Shown: positions 1-10,602 of the stretch, piece after piece
How the letters are laid out: every line of letters starts with the position of its first letter
Position numbering within the stretch: the first letter of the stretch is position 1
Virus record (IMG/VR): IMGVR_UViG_3300044731_001110
Location: 5,147-69,146 of that record
Reading direction: 5' to 3' (one strand)
Length of the DNA stretch: 64,000 nucleotides
Source of the DNA: a virus
Translations under genes and position numbers: made by a program
Notes under the pieces: generated by a model
Told to the model about the DNA's origin: nothing
Seen by the model: the letters and a program-made list of their open reading frames with translations, nothing else
Databases searched by the model: none

Positions 1-51
1 AAGGAAGAAATAATATGGTTTTTGAAAATACTCTTTGTTAAATTCAATCAT
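1..51 (-). CDS. 5' end of a hypothetical protein running off the window (MIEFNKEYFQKPYYFFL...)
   Basis: ATG on the minus strand at 51, open frame to the window edge, minus-strand TATTTAT at 68-74 upstream. Confidence 0.6.
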   Translation of the reverse strand, partial: MIEFNKEYFQKPYYFFL

Positions 52-67
52 AAAAATAGTTTTTAAT

Positions 68-94
68 ATAAATACTTTGATTTGTTGTATTTAT
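68..94. promoter_or_regulatory. Divergent pair of TATTTAT motifs (candidate phage late promoter); example of a motif seen about 20 times
   Basis: Minus copy at 68-74 and plus copy at 88-94, each oriented with its downstream gene. Confidence 0.65.
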
Positions 95-105
95 TAATAA
101 AAAGA

Positions 106-2997
106 ATGGCAGAGCAGAATATTAATCAATATGTTTATAAAAAATATAAACTTAATTTAGTTTCTGATAGTATGGATATGTCTTTAACTTCTGACGAAAA
201 AGACTATCAAGAAGAAGTAATATTTTCACCATATATTATTGCACAAACATATGGTAATAAGTTACCAATATATTTTGATATAAATAATCCATTAACAGCA
301 CAAGATTTAACATTAACCTATAAAAATTTTAACCCAAATAATGTTTTTGTTTCACAAAATTATTATAACCCAAAAAATAATAATTTTTGTAATTATACAG
401 CATCAACTGTTTGTGATATCGGTTTAACAGGAATTGATAATGGATTAACAGATAAGATGTATGACGAAGAGCTATATTTTACAAATGGTTTATTTGATGA
501 TAGTGTAAAATTTGATAGATTACACGTCGATAGAAGATTAAAATTAATACAAGTTACTGGACATACTGGTCAGAATAGTAAATTTTATGGAATACCGGAC
601 TACACATTATATGAGGTTGTCAGTAAAAATGACCCAATTGCTGGAAAATATCACGAATTATATGGTGGGTTTTATCAAGGTTTTTATAAATTATTTGGTT
701 ATGATTACGATGTTTTACCAGAAAGAATGAATAAAGGTTGGTCCGTTGAACTTGTTTTAAAACCAAGATTATGTGATCAATATGTACCAAATTCTGGTGA
801 AACCACATTAAATGATATTTATCCAAATAATAAAAACACATTTTTTTATTTTGGGACTAGAGCTGAAAATAAATTTTATCACTATGCCGATGGTTCACCA
901 AAATGTTTTACCGGTTATACAAGAGTAACAACACCATTATCTGGTTGTCTACAAACTTGTGCATGTTGTAATAAAACAGTAACAGATAGTAGATGTATAT
1001 ATGTGTATCCACCAAGACCCACTAATGGTAAATGGGATCCACACTCAAATTATGGATGTCCGGTTTGTGGTGGAGTTTCTGGTAGAAAACTTTCTTGTGG
1101 TTGTAATTGTGGTGAAGATGAATGTTTAGAATGTGGTTGGGAATGTTTTACACACCCTTGCCCCACAGTAATCCAACCGACACCAACACCGACACCAACA
1201 CCTAGCCCAACCCCAACTTGTGATTACATACCACCAGTTTGTACACCAACTTGTACTACTTGTTCTGGTTGTACAGAATGTGTTGATTGTATACCTAGTG
1301 GTTTTACATCTATTGAGGATACTTGTGAAAAAGACCCATTATTTGATTCTATGTCAAATAACATCTCATTTAAACTTTGTGGTGACCCAAAAAATCCAGG
1401 AATTGGTGTTAAAGTTTTAAGATTTACGGGTGAGTGTATCACAACTGGGACAACAACAACTGGGACCGGAACAACTTTTGTAACTGGATATACAATACAA
1501 GAATGGTGTACGCCACCAATTTATTCTTATTGTGAAAATGTAAATCCAGCATTTATAAATCAAGAACATTGGTTTTTACTTGATGTTGTTTGGGAAAGGT
1601 ACACATATTTAGATGAATGTGATTTATGGTATCGAGGTGGACTTGGTGATATTACAGAAAAAAAATATTTAGAATCATTAGCAAATAATACAGTTGTTTT
1701 AATTGCACCACCATATACTAATAATAAAAAAGAAAGTGAAAAAATTGATTTAGTTAATCTAAACTATAAATGGATTGAGGATAAAAATTTTAGAAATGGT
1801 AGATTAAAAATCTATGTTAATGGTAAAAAGATTTATACAATAGAGGATTTTGAGGAGGTTATACCAAGGGCTTTAAATACAGATAAAGAAAAACAATTAG
1901 GGGTTCCGTTTAATATTTCTTGGGGTGGCGGAACACAAGGTCTACACGAAAATTTAACTTTTTCATCCTGCTCTGCCTTAACATCAAATTATATTCAAGA
2001 CCCGGAGTGTTTTCCAACATCATTACTTAGTGGAACAACATTATCTGGTTTAACCACAAATATTTTACTTGAAAAAGAGTTTGGTGGTACTTTTGAAGGT
2101 GGGATTTCTCAATTTAGAATGTACGTTGAACCGATAACATCTTCTGAAATTAGACACAATTTTAATGTGTTAAAAAATAAATTTAGTTTATTTGATCCTT
2201 TTTGTCCTAATTGTAATACGGTTTTTTGTGAACCAAATGATTTTACATATATAATAGACGATGTTACAACAACTACAACAACTGAATTTCCTATAACAAC
2301 AACTACAACAAGTGGAGTTTTATTACCATTCCAATTAGGTAGGGTTTATATTAAAGATGAGAGAGATGGTAAATATTTAATAAAAAACAATCAACAATCC
2401 TTACAAAGATTAACAACACCACCAAAAGTATTGACCGAAAGATACTGGGATGCAAATGGTTGGTGGGGTGACCAAAGAAATACACCACAATGTGTTGGGT
2501 ACTCTTGGGCTCATTGGTTAGAAGATGGACCAGTACAACAATCTGGAATTCCACCAATTATAAAACCGATTGACATTTATAAAAACGCACAAAAATTAGA
2601 TGAATGGTATGGTGAAAACTATGATGGTACATCTGTTAGAGGTGCGGTAAAATACCTTAAAAATATTGGTAAGGTAAAATCATATTATTGGGCTTTTGAT
2701 TTGCAAACATTAATAGATACTGTAATGAAACTAGGACCGGTTGTTGTCGGTACTAATTGGTACAATGGGATGTTCTATCCAAATGGAAATGGTCTAATTA
2801 AAATTGGTGGAAGTTTAGTTGGTGGACATGCTTATGTAATTAATGGTGTTAACACAAAAACAAAACAATTTAGAATAAAAAATAGTTGGGGTAAAGCCTG
2901 GGGTAAAGGTGGTCACGCATTTATTTCATTTAATGATATGACTAGATTAATTAGAGAACAAGGTGAAATTTGTTTAGCAACAGAAATAGGCTCTTAA
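106..2997 (+). CDS. Large putative virion protein: Cys-rich region, PT linker, LamG-like segment, Thr-rich linker and C-terminal papain-like (C1A) cysteine peptidase domain
   Basis: C-terminal WWGDQRNTPQCVGYSW (Gln/Cys), GGHAYVING (His) and IKNSWGKAWG (Asn) motifs. ATG at 106 preferred over the track start at 82 because TATTTAT lies at 88-94. Confidence 0.7.
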   Translation: MAEQNINQYVYKKYKLNLVSDSMDMSLTSDEKDYQEEVIFSPYIIAQTYGNKLPIYFDINNPLTAQDLTLTYKNFNPNNVFVSQNYYNPKNNNFCNYTASTVCDIGLTGIDNGLTDKMYDEELYFTNGLFDDSVKFDRLHVDRRLKLIQVTGHTGQNSKFYGIPDYTLYEVVSKNDPIAGKYHELYGGFYQGFYKLFGYDYDVLPERMNKGWSVELVLKPRLCDQYVPNSGETTLNDIYPNNKNTFFYFGTRAENKFYHYADGSPKCFTGYTRVTTPLSGCLQTCACCNKTVTDSRCIYVYPPRPTNGKWDPHSNYGCPVCGGVSGRKLSCGCNCGEDECLECGWECFTHPCPTVIQPTPTPTPTPSPTPTCDYIPPVCTPTCTTCSGCTECVDCIPSGFTSIEDTCEKDPLFDSMSNNISFKLCGDPKNPGIGVKVLRFTGECITTGTTTTGTGTTFVTGYTIQEWCTPPIYSYCENVNPAFINQEHWFLLDVVWERYTYLDECDLWYRGGLGDITEKKYLESLANNTVVLIAPPYTNNKKESEKIDLVNLNYKWIEDKNFRNGRLKIYVNGKKIYTIEDFEEVIPRALNTDKEKQLGVPFNISWGGGTQGLHENLTFSSCSALTSNYIQDPECFPTSLLSGTTLSGLTTNILLEKEFGGTFEGGISQFRMYVEPITSSEIRHNFNVLKNKFSLFDPFCPNCNTVFCEPNDFTYIIDDVTTTTTTEFPITTTTTSGVLLPFQLGRVYIKDERDGKYLIKNNQQSLQRLTTPPKVLTERYWDANGWWGDQRNTPQCVGYSWAHWLEDGPVQQSGIPPIIKPIDIYKNAQKLDEWYGENYDGTSVRGAVKYLKNIGKVKSYYWAFDLQTLIDTVMKLGPVVVGTNWYNGMFYPNGNGLIKIGGSLVGGHAYVINGVNTKTKQFRIKNSWGKAWGKGGHAFISFNDMTRLIREQGEICLATEIGS

Positions 2998-3076
2998 TTT
3001 TTTTTTTCAAAAAAATAAATAATCAACAAACAACTTACTATTTATATAAAAATAAAAATTAAAAAAAAAATAAAAA

Positions 3077-6000
3077 ATGTCTTTTGTAATTATTAGTGAC
3101 TTATCTGGTGGTACGACATCAACAGTTAGGTGTGGGCAAAACAATCTTGCTGGTGCCGAATATTCAACAGTTTCCGGTGGTATTAAAAATACTGCGTCAG
3201 GAATTTATTCAAACGTAAGTGGTGGTTGGAAAAACACAGCGACCAATGTTGGTTCAACAATAAATGGTGGTACTTGTAATACTGCAACCGGAAGATTTTC
3301 TAGTATTTTAGGTGGATTTAAAAACAGAGCTTTAGATTGTAAATCTGTCGTTGTTGGTGGAGATAATGGATTGGCTAGGAGTGGATCAACAATTACCGGT
3401 GGCGATAACAATACTGCTTTAGGTTTTAATTCGTTTGTTGGTAATGGTTATTTTAACAAAGTTACTGGTAATTATTCTGGAATTATCGGTGGTAGTAACA
3501 ATGTTTTAATAGGATCAAATTCTGCAATTATAGGTGGGTCATTATTAACTGGTACGTCATCAAATACTGTTTATGTACCAAAATTAAATATTGATTTAGT
3601 AGGAACAACAACTTCGGTTAATAATTTAGGTATAGACGTTAATGGTAATGTTGTTACGGGTAATGATGTATATTTAAGTGCCGCAACATTAAATAATGTT
3701 GGTTTATTAACTTTAATAAACAGTAATGGTGTTACAGTATCTACAAGTGGTTTTATAACTTACGATAACTACGTAACTGGTGGTACTTTAGATTATTCAG
3801 CTGGAGCTCTTACTTTAGATTTAAGAGATGGTAGTAATGTTATTGTTCCTGGATTAGAAGATAAGTATTTTACTGGTGTAACATTTGATACGAATAGTTT
3901 TGATTTAACTATTGGAAGAAACGATGGCTTTACAGATACAATTAATCTTGGTGTTCTAGCAACTGACTTAGGTTTAACCGGTGGTACTTATGACGCTAAC
4001 ACTGGTGTTGTAACATTTATAAACACTTCAGGTCAAACAGTTCAAGTTTCTGGATTTACAACTGGATATACAGACACATATTTAACTGGAGGTACATTTA
4101 CCGCTGGCGATTTAACATTAATAAATACAGATGGATCAACAGTTTTAGTAACTGGGTTTACATCTATTGATACGTATGTTACTGGAGGTACGTATGATAA
4201 CTCAACTGGTAGTGCAACCTTTGAAAATAACCAGGGTGGTTCTTTTGTTGTAACTGGATTTACAACTGGGTTTACCGATGTATATGTAACAGGAATGACA
4301 TTTGATACTGGTAACTATGAGTTATCAATTGAAAGGAATGATGGATTTATTGATTCGGTTAATTTAGGAATATTATCTTCAGATTTAACAATTACTGGTG
4401 GTACATATGACTTAAACTCAGGTACCGCAACATTTACAAATAATAGTGGTGGAACATTTAGTGTTACTGGTTTCTTAACTGGTTATACAGATGTTTATGT
4501 TACTGGTGGATATTATACACCATCAACTGGGACTATAACAATCCAACAACAAAATGGTAATGTTAATATTTCTGGTATTGATGATGCTGTTATGGTACAA
4601 GGCGGTGGTTCCCAATCGACAGTTAGAAAAAATAATTTAAATAGTGCCACTGGACAAGCATCAACTGTTAGCGGTGGTTACAATAACTCTGCAACACAAT
4701 ACGGTGCAACAGTAGGTGGTGGTTCACTTAATAGAGCAATAAATTATAATGATACCGTTGCTGGTGGTTTTGTTAACTGTGCGACTGGTGCGTATTCATT
4801 TGTTGGTGGTGGTTACACAAACCAAGCAACAGGTTATATGTCAAGTATTGTTGGTGGTTGGGGTAATAGAACTTGTAACAATCAAGCCGTTGTTGGTGGT
4901 GGTTGTTTAAATACCGCTTTTGGATTACAAAGTGTTGTTGGTGGTGGTCATTTAAATACCGCAAATAATAGTTGCTCAACAGTAGTTGGTGGTTATGGAA
5001 ATATTTCTAATTGTTTTTATACATTTATTGGTGGTGGTTTTTTAAATACGGCAAATGGTTATATGGCAACAGCAACTGGTGGTAGATGTAATAGAGCAGT
5101 TGGTTGGTATTCGACAATTGGCGGAGGTCGAGAAAATACAGCATCTGGTCTTTATTCAATGATTTTAGGTGGTTACCAAAACGTAGCACTTGGTACTAGA
5201 ACAGCTGTTATTGGCGGACAAAATATTACAGGTGCAACAAATGATACTGTTTATGTACCACAATTAAATATACAAACTGTTGGAGCTACATCACCAGTTA
5301 TAAATTTAGGTTTAGATTCGTCTGGTAATGTTGTAACTGGAACAACACCTTCAGTTGATTATTATTTAACTGGATTAACTTTTGACAATGGTACTTTTGA
5401 CTTAACTGCTTCTGTTAACGATGGGAATGATTATACAGTAAATCTTGGTATTTTATCATCCGATATGACTGTAACTGGTGGTACTTATAACCCAACAACT
5501 GGTGATGCAACATTTGTTACAAATTCTGGAAATACATTTAGTGTTTCTGGATTCTTAACTGGATATACTGATGTTATATTAACTGGTGCAACAAAAGTTG
5601 GTGAAACATTAACATTAACAAATAGCGATGGCTCAATAGTTACTGCAACAGGATTTACTGATTATTATGTAACTGGAGGTACTTACGATGTTGGGGCTGG
5701 TGAAATCTACTTGGATAGACAAAATGGAACTGTTACAATAACAGGTATTTTTGACACCGATACTTATTTGACTGGTGGAACGTATAACTCGAATACAGGA
5801 CAGTTAACTTTAGGTCAAAACAATGGTCAACCAGACATTTCAGTTATTGGTTTCCAAACACAAAATACATTTGTTACTGGTGCAACATATTCTAATGGTA
5901 TATTAACATTAGGTAGAAACGATGGTGGTGTAGTAACAGCTTCAGGATTCATAAATAATGATTTCTTTGTAACTGGTGGTACATATAACAATGCTAATGG

Positions 6001-6748
6001 TCTAATAACATTAAATAGACAAAATGGTGTTGCGTCAGTTAGCGGTTTACCAGCAGGACTTGCATCAATACCGGCTCAAATTGTTTTAGCTGGTACAGGA
6101 GCAATTTCGACTCTTAGAACTGGTGCCTCAAACCTTGCTAGTGCACCTTGTGCTACTGTTTTTGGTAATGCTAACAATGCAGCTGGAACGGTTTCTGGTA
6201 TATTAGGTGGTATTTCAAGTTGTATCACAACTTTGGGTTATGGCTCAACAGTTGGTGGTGGTGCAACAAACACTATTACAAATTGTTATTCTAAAATTGG
6301 TGGTGGTCAATTTAACTGTGTTGCACAGCCTTGGTCAAGTATTCTTGGTGGTAAGAACAATGTTATTAATTCTTGTTCTAGTGCAATCGGTGGTGGTGAA
6401 AATAACGTAATTACAGCTAGTGTTCCTTGGTCAACAATAGCAGGTGGTTGTGGAAATAATATCGGTTCGTTAGCATCATATTCATCTGCCGTTGGTAGAT
6501 TAAATACTGTTTGTCTAAGTGACACACACGTATTGGGATGTAATATAACAACAGACCAATGTTTTACAACATTTGTAAATAACCTTACGGTTAATGGTGG
6601 TGGTATTCCTTCACCAAACACATGTTCAAGAGTTACATTAAAAAGTTTACCAACCGAATCTGAAATTGGTTCATTACCAAGTGGTACAGTTTATCGATGT
6701 ACAACAAGTGCGTCAGGTGGTGGTACTCAACTTTGGATTAAACTTTAA
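3077..6748 (+). CDS. Tail fibre/adhesin-like repeat protein (1223 aa) with 15-aa S(T/F)(V/I)xGGxxNxA beta-solenoid repeats and DxYVTGGTY repeats
   Basis: Translated repeats resemble trimeric-adhesin head repeats; paralog of 6816 and 25909. Confidence 0.7.
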   Translation: MSFVIISDLSGGTTSTVRCGQNNLAGAEYSTVSGGIKNTASGIYSNVSGGWKNTATNVGSTINGGTCNTATGRFSSILGGFKNRALDCKSVVVGGDNGLARSGSTITGGDNNTALGFNSFVGNGYFNKVTGNYSGIIGGSNNVLIGSNSAIIGGSLLTGTSSNTVYVPKLNIDLVGTTTSVNNLGIDVNGNVVTGNDVYLSAATLNNVGLLTLINSNGVTVSTSGFITYDNYVTGGTLDYSAGALTLDLRDGSNVIVPGLEDKYFTGVTFDTNSFDLTIGRNDGFTDTINLGVLATDLGLTGGTYDANTGVVTFINTSGQTVQVSGFTTGYTDTYLTGGTFTAGDLTLINTDGSTVLVTGFTSIDTYVTGGTYDNSTGSATFENNQGGSFVVTGFTTGFTDVYVTGMTFDTGNYELSIERNDGFIDSVNLGILSSDLTITGGTYDLNSGTATFTNNSGGTFSVTGFLTGYTDVYVTGGYYTPSTGTITIQQQNGNVNISGIDDAVMVQGGGSQSTVRKNNLNSATGQASTVSGGYNNSATQYGATVGGGSLNRAINYNDTVAGGFVNCATGAYSFVGGGYTNQATGYMSSIVGGWGNRTCNNQAVVGGGCLNTAFGLQSVVGGGHLNTANNSCSTVVGGYGNISNCFYTFIGGGFLNTANGYMATATGGRCNRAVGWYSTIGGGRENTASGLYSMILGGYQNVALGTRTAVIGGQNITGATNDTVYVPQLNIQTVGATSPVINLGLDSSGNVVTGTTPSVDYYLTGLTFDNGTFDLTASVNDGNDYTVNLGILSSDMTVTGGTYNPTTGDATFVTNSGNTFSVSGFLTGYTDVILTGATKVGETLTLTNSDGSIVTATGFTDYYVTGGTYDVGAGEIYLDRQNGTVTITGIFDTDTYLTGGTYNSNTGQLTLGQNNGQPDISVIGFQTQNTFVTGATYSNGILTLGRNDGGVVTASGFINNDFFVTGGTYNNANGLITLNRQNGVASVSGLPAGLASIPAQIVLAGTGAISTLRTGASNLASAPCATVFGNANNAAGTVSGILGGISSCITTLGYGSTVGGGATNTITNCYSKIGGGQFNCVAQPWSSILGGKNNVINSCSSAIGGGENNVITASVPWSTIAGGCGNNIGSLASYSSAVGRLNTVCLSDTHVLGCNITTDQCFTTFVNNLTVNGGGIPSPNTCSRVTLKSLPTESEIGSLPSGTVYRCTTSASGGGTQLWIKL

Positions 6749-6757
6749 TAAAAAAAC

Positions 6758-6786
6758 AAAACCCCCATTTAATAGTGGGGGTTTAA
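6758..6786 (+). terminator. Stem-loop between two fibre genes, possible terminator or processing hairpin
   Basis: AAACCCCCA(TTTAATAG)TGGGGGTTT inverted repeat; only a short U-tract on the + strand. Confidence 0.55.
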
Positions 6787-6815
6787 ACATAAATTAAAAA
6801 TAAAAAAAAATAAAA

Positions 6816-9800
6816 ATGGCATATGTTATTATAAATGATCCAAACGGTGGGTCAACCTCAACAGTAAGATGTGGTACTTTAAATTCTGCCGCATGTCCAT
6901 ATTCAGTTGTTACTGGTGGATATGCAAATAGTGCTAATTCTAGATTTGGGATTGTAACTGGTGGTTATTACAACACTACAACTGGTTGTATGGCAAATAT
7001 TTCTGGTGGTAGACAAAATAAATCATCTGGCTTTTATTCAACAGTTTCTGGTGGTAGACAAAATACAAATAACTCAATTTTTGGTGTAATTGCCGGTGGT
7101 TACTTAAACACAAATATTGGTGGTAATTCATCTATTGGTGGTGGTGTTTTAAATACAACAACTGGATCTGTTGCAACAATTGCTGGTGGTTGTGATAATT
7201 TAAGTTTAGGTGATTGTGGGTCAATAGTTGGTGGTTATAGAAATTCGGTAGAACAAATTTTTGGTACTGTTGGTGGTGGTTGTGAAAACTCAGCGTCTGG
7301 CGAATATTCATTTGTAGGTGGAGGAGCACAAAATACAGCTTCAAGTTATAACTCAACAATTTCCGGTGGTTTTTGTAACGTTGCAACTAATGCTTGTTCA
7401 ACAATTGCCGGTGGAGCACAAAATAGTGCAATAGGTGATTTTTCATTTATCGGTGGTGGTAGATTCAATACTGCAACAGATACAACTTCAACCATAGCTG
7501 GGGGTAATTCAAATATTGCCGACTGTGAATTTACAATTGTTGGTGGTGGTGAATATAATACAGTAGATTCTGTTTATAGTGCAATTCTTGGTGGATTTTG
7601 TAATACATCAATTGCAAACTTTTCTTCTGTTGTTGGTGGATGTAATAACGCAAATTTAGGTGCCGGATCATTTGTTGGTGGAGGGTGTTCAAATAGTGCA
7701 ATATCAAACATATCGGTAATTGCCGGTGGTGCTAGAAATCAAAACTTTGGGACTTACGCATCAATTCTTGGTGGATTATGTAACAAAACATATTTTGACG
7801 GTACAGTAATAGCTGGAGGTCAATTTAATACTGCAATTGGTTTTAATAGTAATATTGCTGGCGGTTATGGAAATACCGTCTCTGGATATTGTTCTGCAAT
7901 TGTTGGTGGTAATCAAAACTTAGTATTAGGTGACTGCTCAATGATATTTTCAAATAACTCAACTTTGGTTGCTGATAGAAGTGTTATTTTAGGAGGACAA
8001 AATATTTCTGGAACAACAGATGATACTGTTTATGTTCCTTATTTAAATATTCAAAATGTAACAACTGGTACATCGATTTCTAATTTGGGGATTGATTCTT
8101 CTGGTAATGTAATTTTTGGTCAAGATTTAACTGGTTCAACAGCACTTTATGAAGTTGGTTCTGGTACCGACTCAACACAAAGAATTGGTGTTAATTCTGA
8201 TGCTAGTGGTAATTGCTCTGTAGTTTCTGGTGGTTTAAATAATACAAGTAGTGGTTATTATTCTTTTATTGGTGGTGGTGGTGGAAACACTGCGAGTGGT
8301 AATACCTCAACTATTGCCGGTGGTGGACAAAACACAACAATATGTAATTATTCTTTTATTGGTGGTGGATCAGGCAATACTACGGAAGGTGAAAATTCAA
8401 CAATTGGTGGTGGAAATGTAAACTTAGCTATTGGTGACTATTCATTTATTGCTGGTGGAACTGCAAATACGGTTTCTGGTGATTATTCATCAATTATATC
8501 ATCAAATTCAATATTAACAGCAAATTATAGTATTATATTAGGTGGTAATGGACTTACTGGTACGTGTGATAATCACGCATATGTTCCTGGTTTGAACATT
8601 AACTTTTTAAGTAGTGGAACTTCAATCAACACTTTAGGTATTGATGTTAATGGTTATGTTGTTGCTACTGGAACTGGAAATACAGCAAGTGGATGTTATT
8701 CTTTTGTTGGTGGTGGTAAAGATAATACCGCAAGTGGTAATTATTCTTTTGTTGGTGGTGGTAGAGAGAATAAAGCGAGTAGTGATTTTACAACAATTGG
8801 TGGTGGTGAATGTAATAAAGCTGAGTTTACAAACTCAACCGTAAGTGGAGGAAGAAATAATACAGTAAGTAGTGTTTACGCTACAATAGGCGGTGGTCAA
8901 AGTAATTTTATAGATGGACTTCAATCAGTCATAGGTGGTGGTGCTGGTAACACATCAAGTGGTTATTACTCAACCGTAAGTGGTGGTGTTGGTAATGCGT
9001 CAAAAGGAGGTTGTTCAACCGTAAGTGGTGGTGTTGGTAACACAGCAAGTTGTAGATATTCAACCGTAAGTGGTGGTGTTGGTAACATGTCACGTAGCTG
9101 TGGTTCATCAATTGGTGGTGGTAAACAAAACGCTGCTGGTACGAGTGGAACTGTAAGTGCTTACTATGGATTAAGTACAAGTGGGTCAACAACAACAGGT
9201 ATTTTTCCTGGGGTTTCTTCTTCATTTACAGATAGTGTTAATGGTTCTGGTTCTTTGTTTCAATTTGATTTAACAGCAGGTGTTGTTAACAGTATTAATA
9301 TTACAAATGTAGGTCAAGATTATATTAATGGTGATTTTTTATTATTTGACGGAACATTGTTTGGTGGGACTTCTGGAACTGACGATATATCATTCCTTGT
9401 TTTAACATCTGATTATACGTTTGCAACCGTAAGTGGTGGTCAATGTAATACATCAAGTAATTGTTGGTCAACCGTAAGTGGTGGATATCTTAACACATCA
9501 AGTGGATATAATTCAACCGTAAGTGGTGGTCGTCAAAACACGTCAAGTGGTTGTTGGTCATTTATTGGTGGAGGATCGGTTAACACAGCAAGTGGAGACT
9601 ATTCAACTGTAAGTGGTGGTCGTCTTAATACATCAATAGGACCTGCTTCATTAATTGGTGGTGGTATATGTAATACATCAATATGTAATGCTGTAACAAT
9701 TGGTGGTGGTATATGTAATACAGTGTGTGGTGATTGTTCAACAATTAGTGGTGGTATAAACAATACGGTTAGTAGTAGTTACGGATTTATTGGTGGTGGT

Positions 9801-10520
9801 TTATATGGTGTTATAACACAATGTTTTGGAACTGTAAGCGGTGGATATAAAAACACCGTTCTAGGTTCTTGTGGAACTGTAAGTGGTGGTTATAGAAATA
9901 CTGCTTGTTTTTTATCAACAGTAAGTGGTGGTGAGTGTAACACATCAAGTGATTATGGATCAACTATTGGTGGTGGAAGTTTTAACACATCATCAGAATA
10001 TTATGCCTTTGTTGGTGGTGGTCTTTGTAATACGTCATCAAACTATTATTCAACAATTGTTGGTGGTCGTGAAAATACATCAAGTGGTTACAATTCATTT
10101 ATTGGTGGAGGTCTTCAAAATAAATCATTAAATCACTGTACAACTATTAGTGGTGGATTCCAAAATACAACACTTAATATTGGTGCCACAGTTGGTGGTG
10201 GTGGTCGTAATACGGCAGAAGGTATTTGTAGTACTGTAAGTGGTGGCTATCGCAATACTGTAAGCGGTGATACCTCAACAATTGCTGGCGGCCTTTGTAA
10301 TACAATTACAACATCATTCTCAAGTATTCTTGGTTGTAACAACAAAGTAGTTCACACGTCAGCACATATTATTGGTGATAGTATAACATCAACAGCTAAT
10401 TGTATGACTTTTGTAAATCAATTATCTGTTATGAATTTACAAGACGGTTCGGTTGGTTTACCATCTAAAGCTCTATATTATTGTTCAACAGACTCTAATA
10501 GAGTTTATTTTGTACCATAA
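6816..10520 (+). CDS. Tail fibre/adhesin-like repeat protein (1234 aa) with dozens of STVSGGxxNT repeats
   Basis: 15-aa periodic repeats; N-terminus paralogous to 3077 (GGxTSTVRCG). Confidence 0.7.
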   Translation: MAYVIINDPNGGSTSTVRCGTLNSAACPYSVVTGGYANSANSRFGIVTGGYYNTTTGCMANISGGRQNKSSGFYSTVSGGRQNTNNSIFGVIAGGYLNTNIGGNSSIGGGVLNTTTGSVATIAGGCDNLSLGDCGSIVGGYRNSVEQIFGTVGGGCENSASGEYSFVGGGAQNTASSYNSTISGGFCNVATNACSTIAGGAQNSAIGDFSFIGGGRFNTATDTTSTIAGGNSNIADCEFTIVGGGEYNTVDSVYSAILGGFCNTSIANFSSVVGGCNNANLGAGSFVGGGCSNSAISNISVIAGGARNQNFGTYASILGGLCNKTYFDGTVIAGGQFNTAIGFNSNIAGGYGNTVSGYCSAIVGGNQNLVLGDCSMIFSNNSTLVADRSVILGGQNISGTTDDTVYVPYLNIQNVTTGTSISNLGIDSSGNVIFGQDLTGSTALYEVGSGTDSTQRIGVNSDASGNCSVVSGGLNNTSSGYYSFIGGGGGNTASGNTSTIAGGGQNTTICNYSFIGGGSGNTTEGENSTIGGGNVNLAIGDYSFIAGGTANTVSGDYSSIISSNSILTANYSIILGGNGLTGTCDNHAYVPGLNINFLSSGTSINTLGIDVNGYVVATGTGNTASGCYSFVGGGKDNTASGNYSFVGGGRENKASSDFTTIGGGECNKAEFTNSTVSGGRNNTVSSVYATIGGGQSNFIDGLQSVIGGGAGNTSSGYYSTVSGGVGNASKGGCSTVSGGVGNTASCRYSTVSGGVGNMSRSCGSSIGGGKQNAAGTSGTVSAYYGLSTSGSTTTGIFPGVSSSFTDSVNGSGSLFQFDLTAGVVNSINITNVGQDYINGDFLLFDGTLFGGTSGTDDISFLVLTSDYTFATVSGGQCNTSSNCWSTVSGGYLNTSSGYNSTVSGGRQNTSSGCWSFIGGGSVNTASGDYSTVSGGRLNTSIGPASLIGGGICNTSICNAVTIGGGICNTVCGDCSTISGGINNTVSSSYGFIGGGLYGVITQCFGTVSGGYKNTVLGSCGTVSGGYRNTACFLSTVSGGECNTSSDYGSTIGGGSFNTSSEYYAFVGGGLCNTSSNYYSTIVGGRENTSSGYNSFIGGGLQNKSLNHCTTISGGFQNTTLNIGATVGGGGRNTAEGICSTVSGGYRNTVSGDTSTIAGGLCNTITTSFSSILGCNNKVVHTSAHIIGDSITSTANCMTFVNQLSVMNLQDGSVGLPSKALYYCSTDSNRVYFVP
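8970..9085 (+). repeat. Three exact 26-nt copies of TCAACCGTAAGTGGTGGTGTTGGTAA at 45-nt period (coding tandem repeat)
   Basis: Copies start at 8970, 9015 and 9060. Confidence 0.9.
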
Positions 10521-10541
10521 TAAAATAAAATTAATTTTTTT

Positions 10542-10577
10542 AATAACCCCAATCCAAAGTTGGGGTTATTTATTTTT
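10542..10577 (+). terminator. Intrinsic terminator
   Basis: AATAACCCCAA-loop-TTGGGGTTATT followed by a T-rich tract, just after the fibre gene stop. Confidence 0.75.
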
Positions 10578-10602
10578 GTAATTTTTATTTTATATTTTCA
10601 AT

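Noticed and set aside
8970-9085. CRISPR-like pattern of 26-nt repeats with 19-nt variable spacers (similar runs at about 28000-28280 and 29570-29900)
   Set aside because: The 45-nt period equals the 15-aa protein repeat, the units are in frame inside long ORFs, spacers are too short and related to each other, and no cas genes are present
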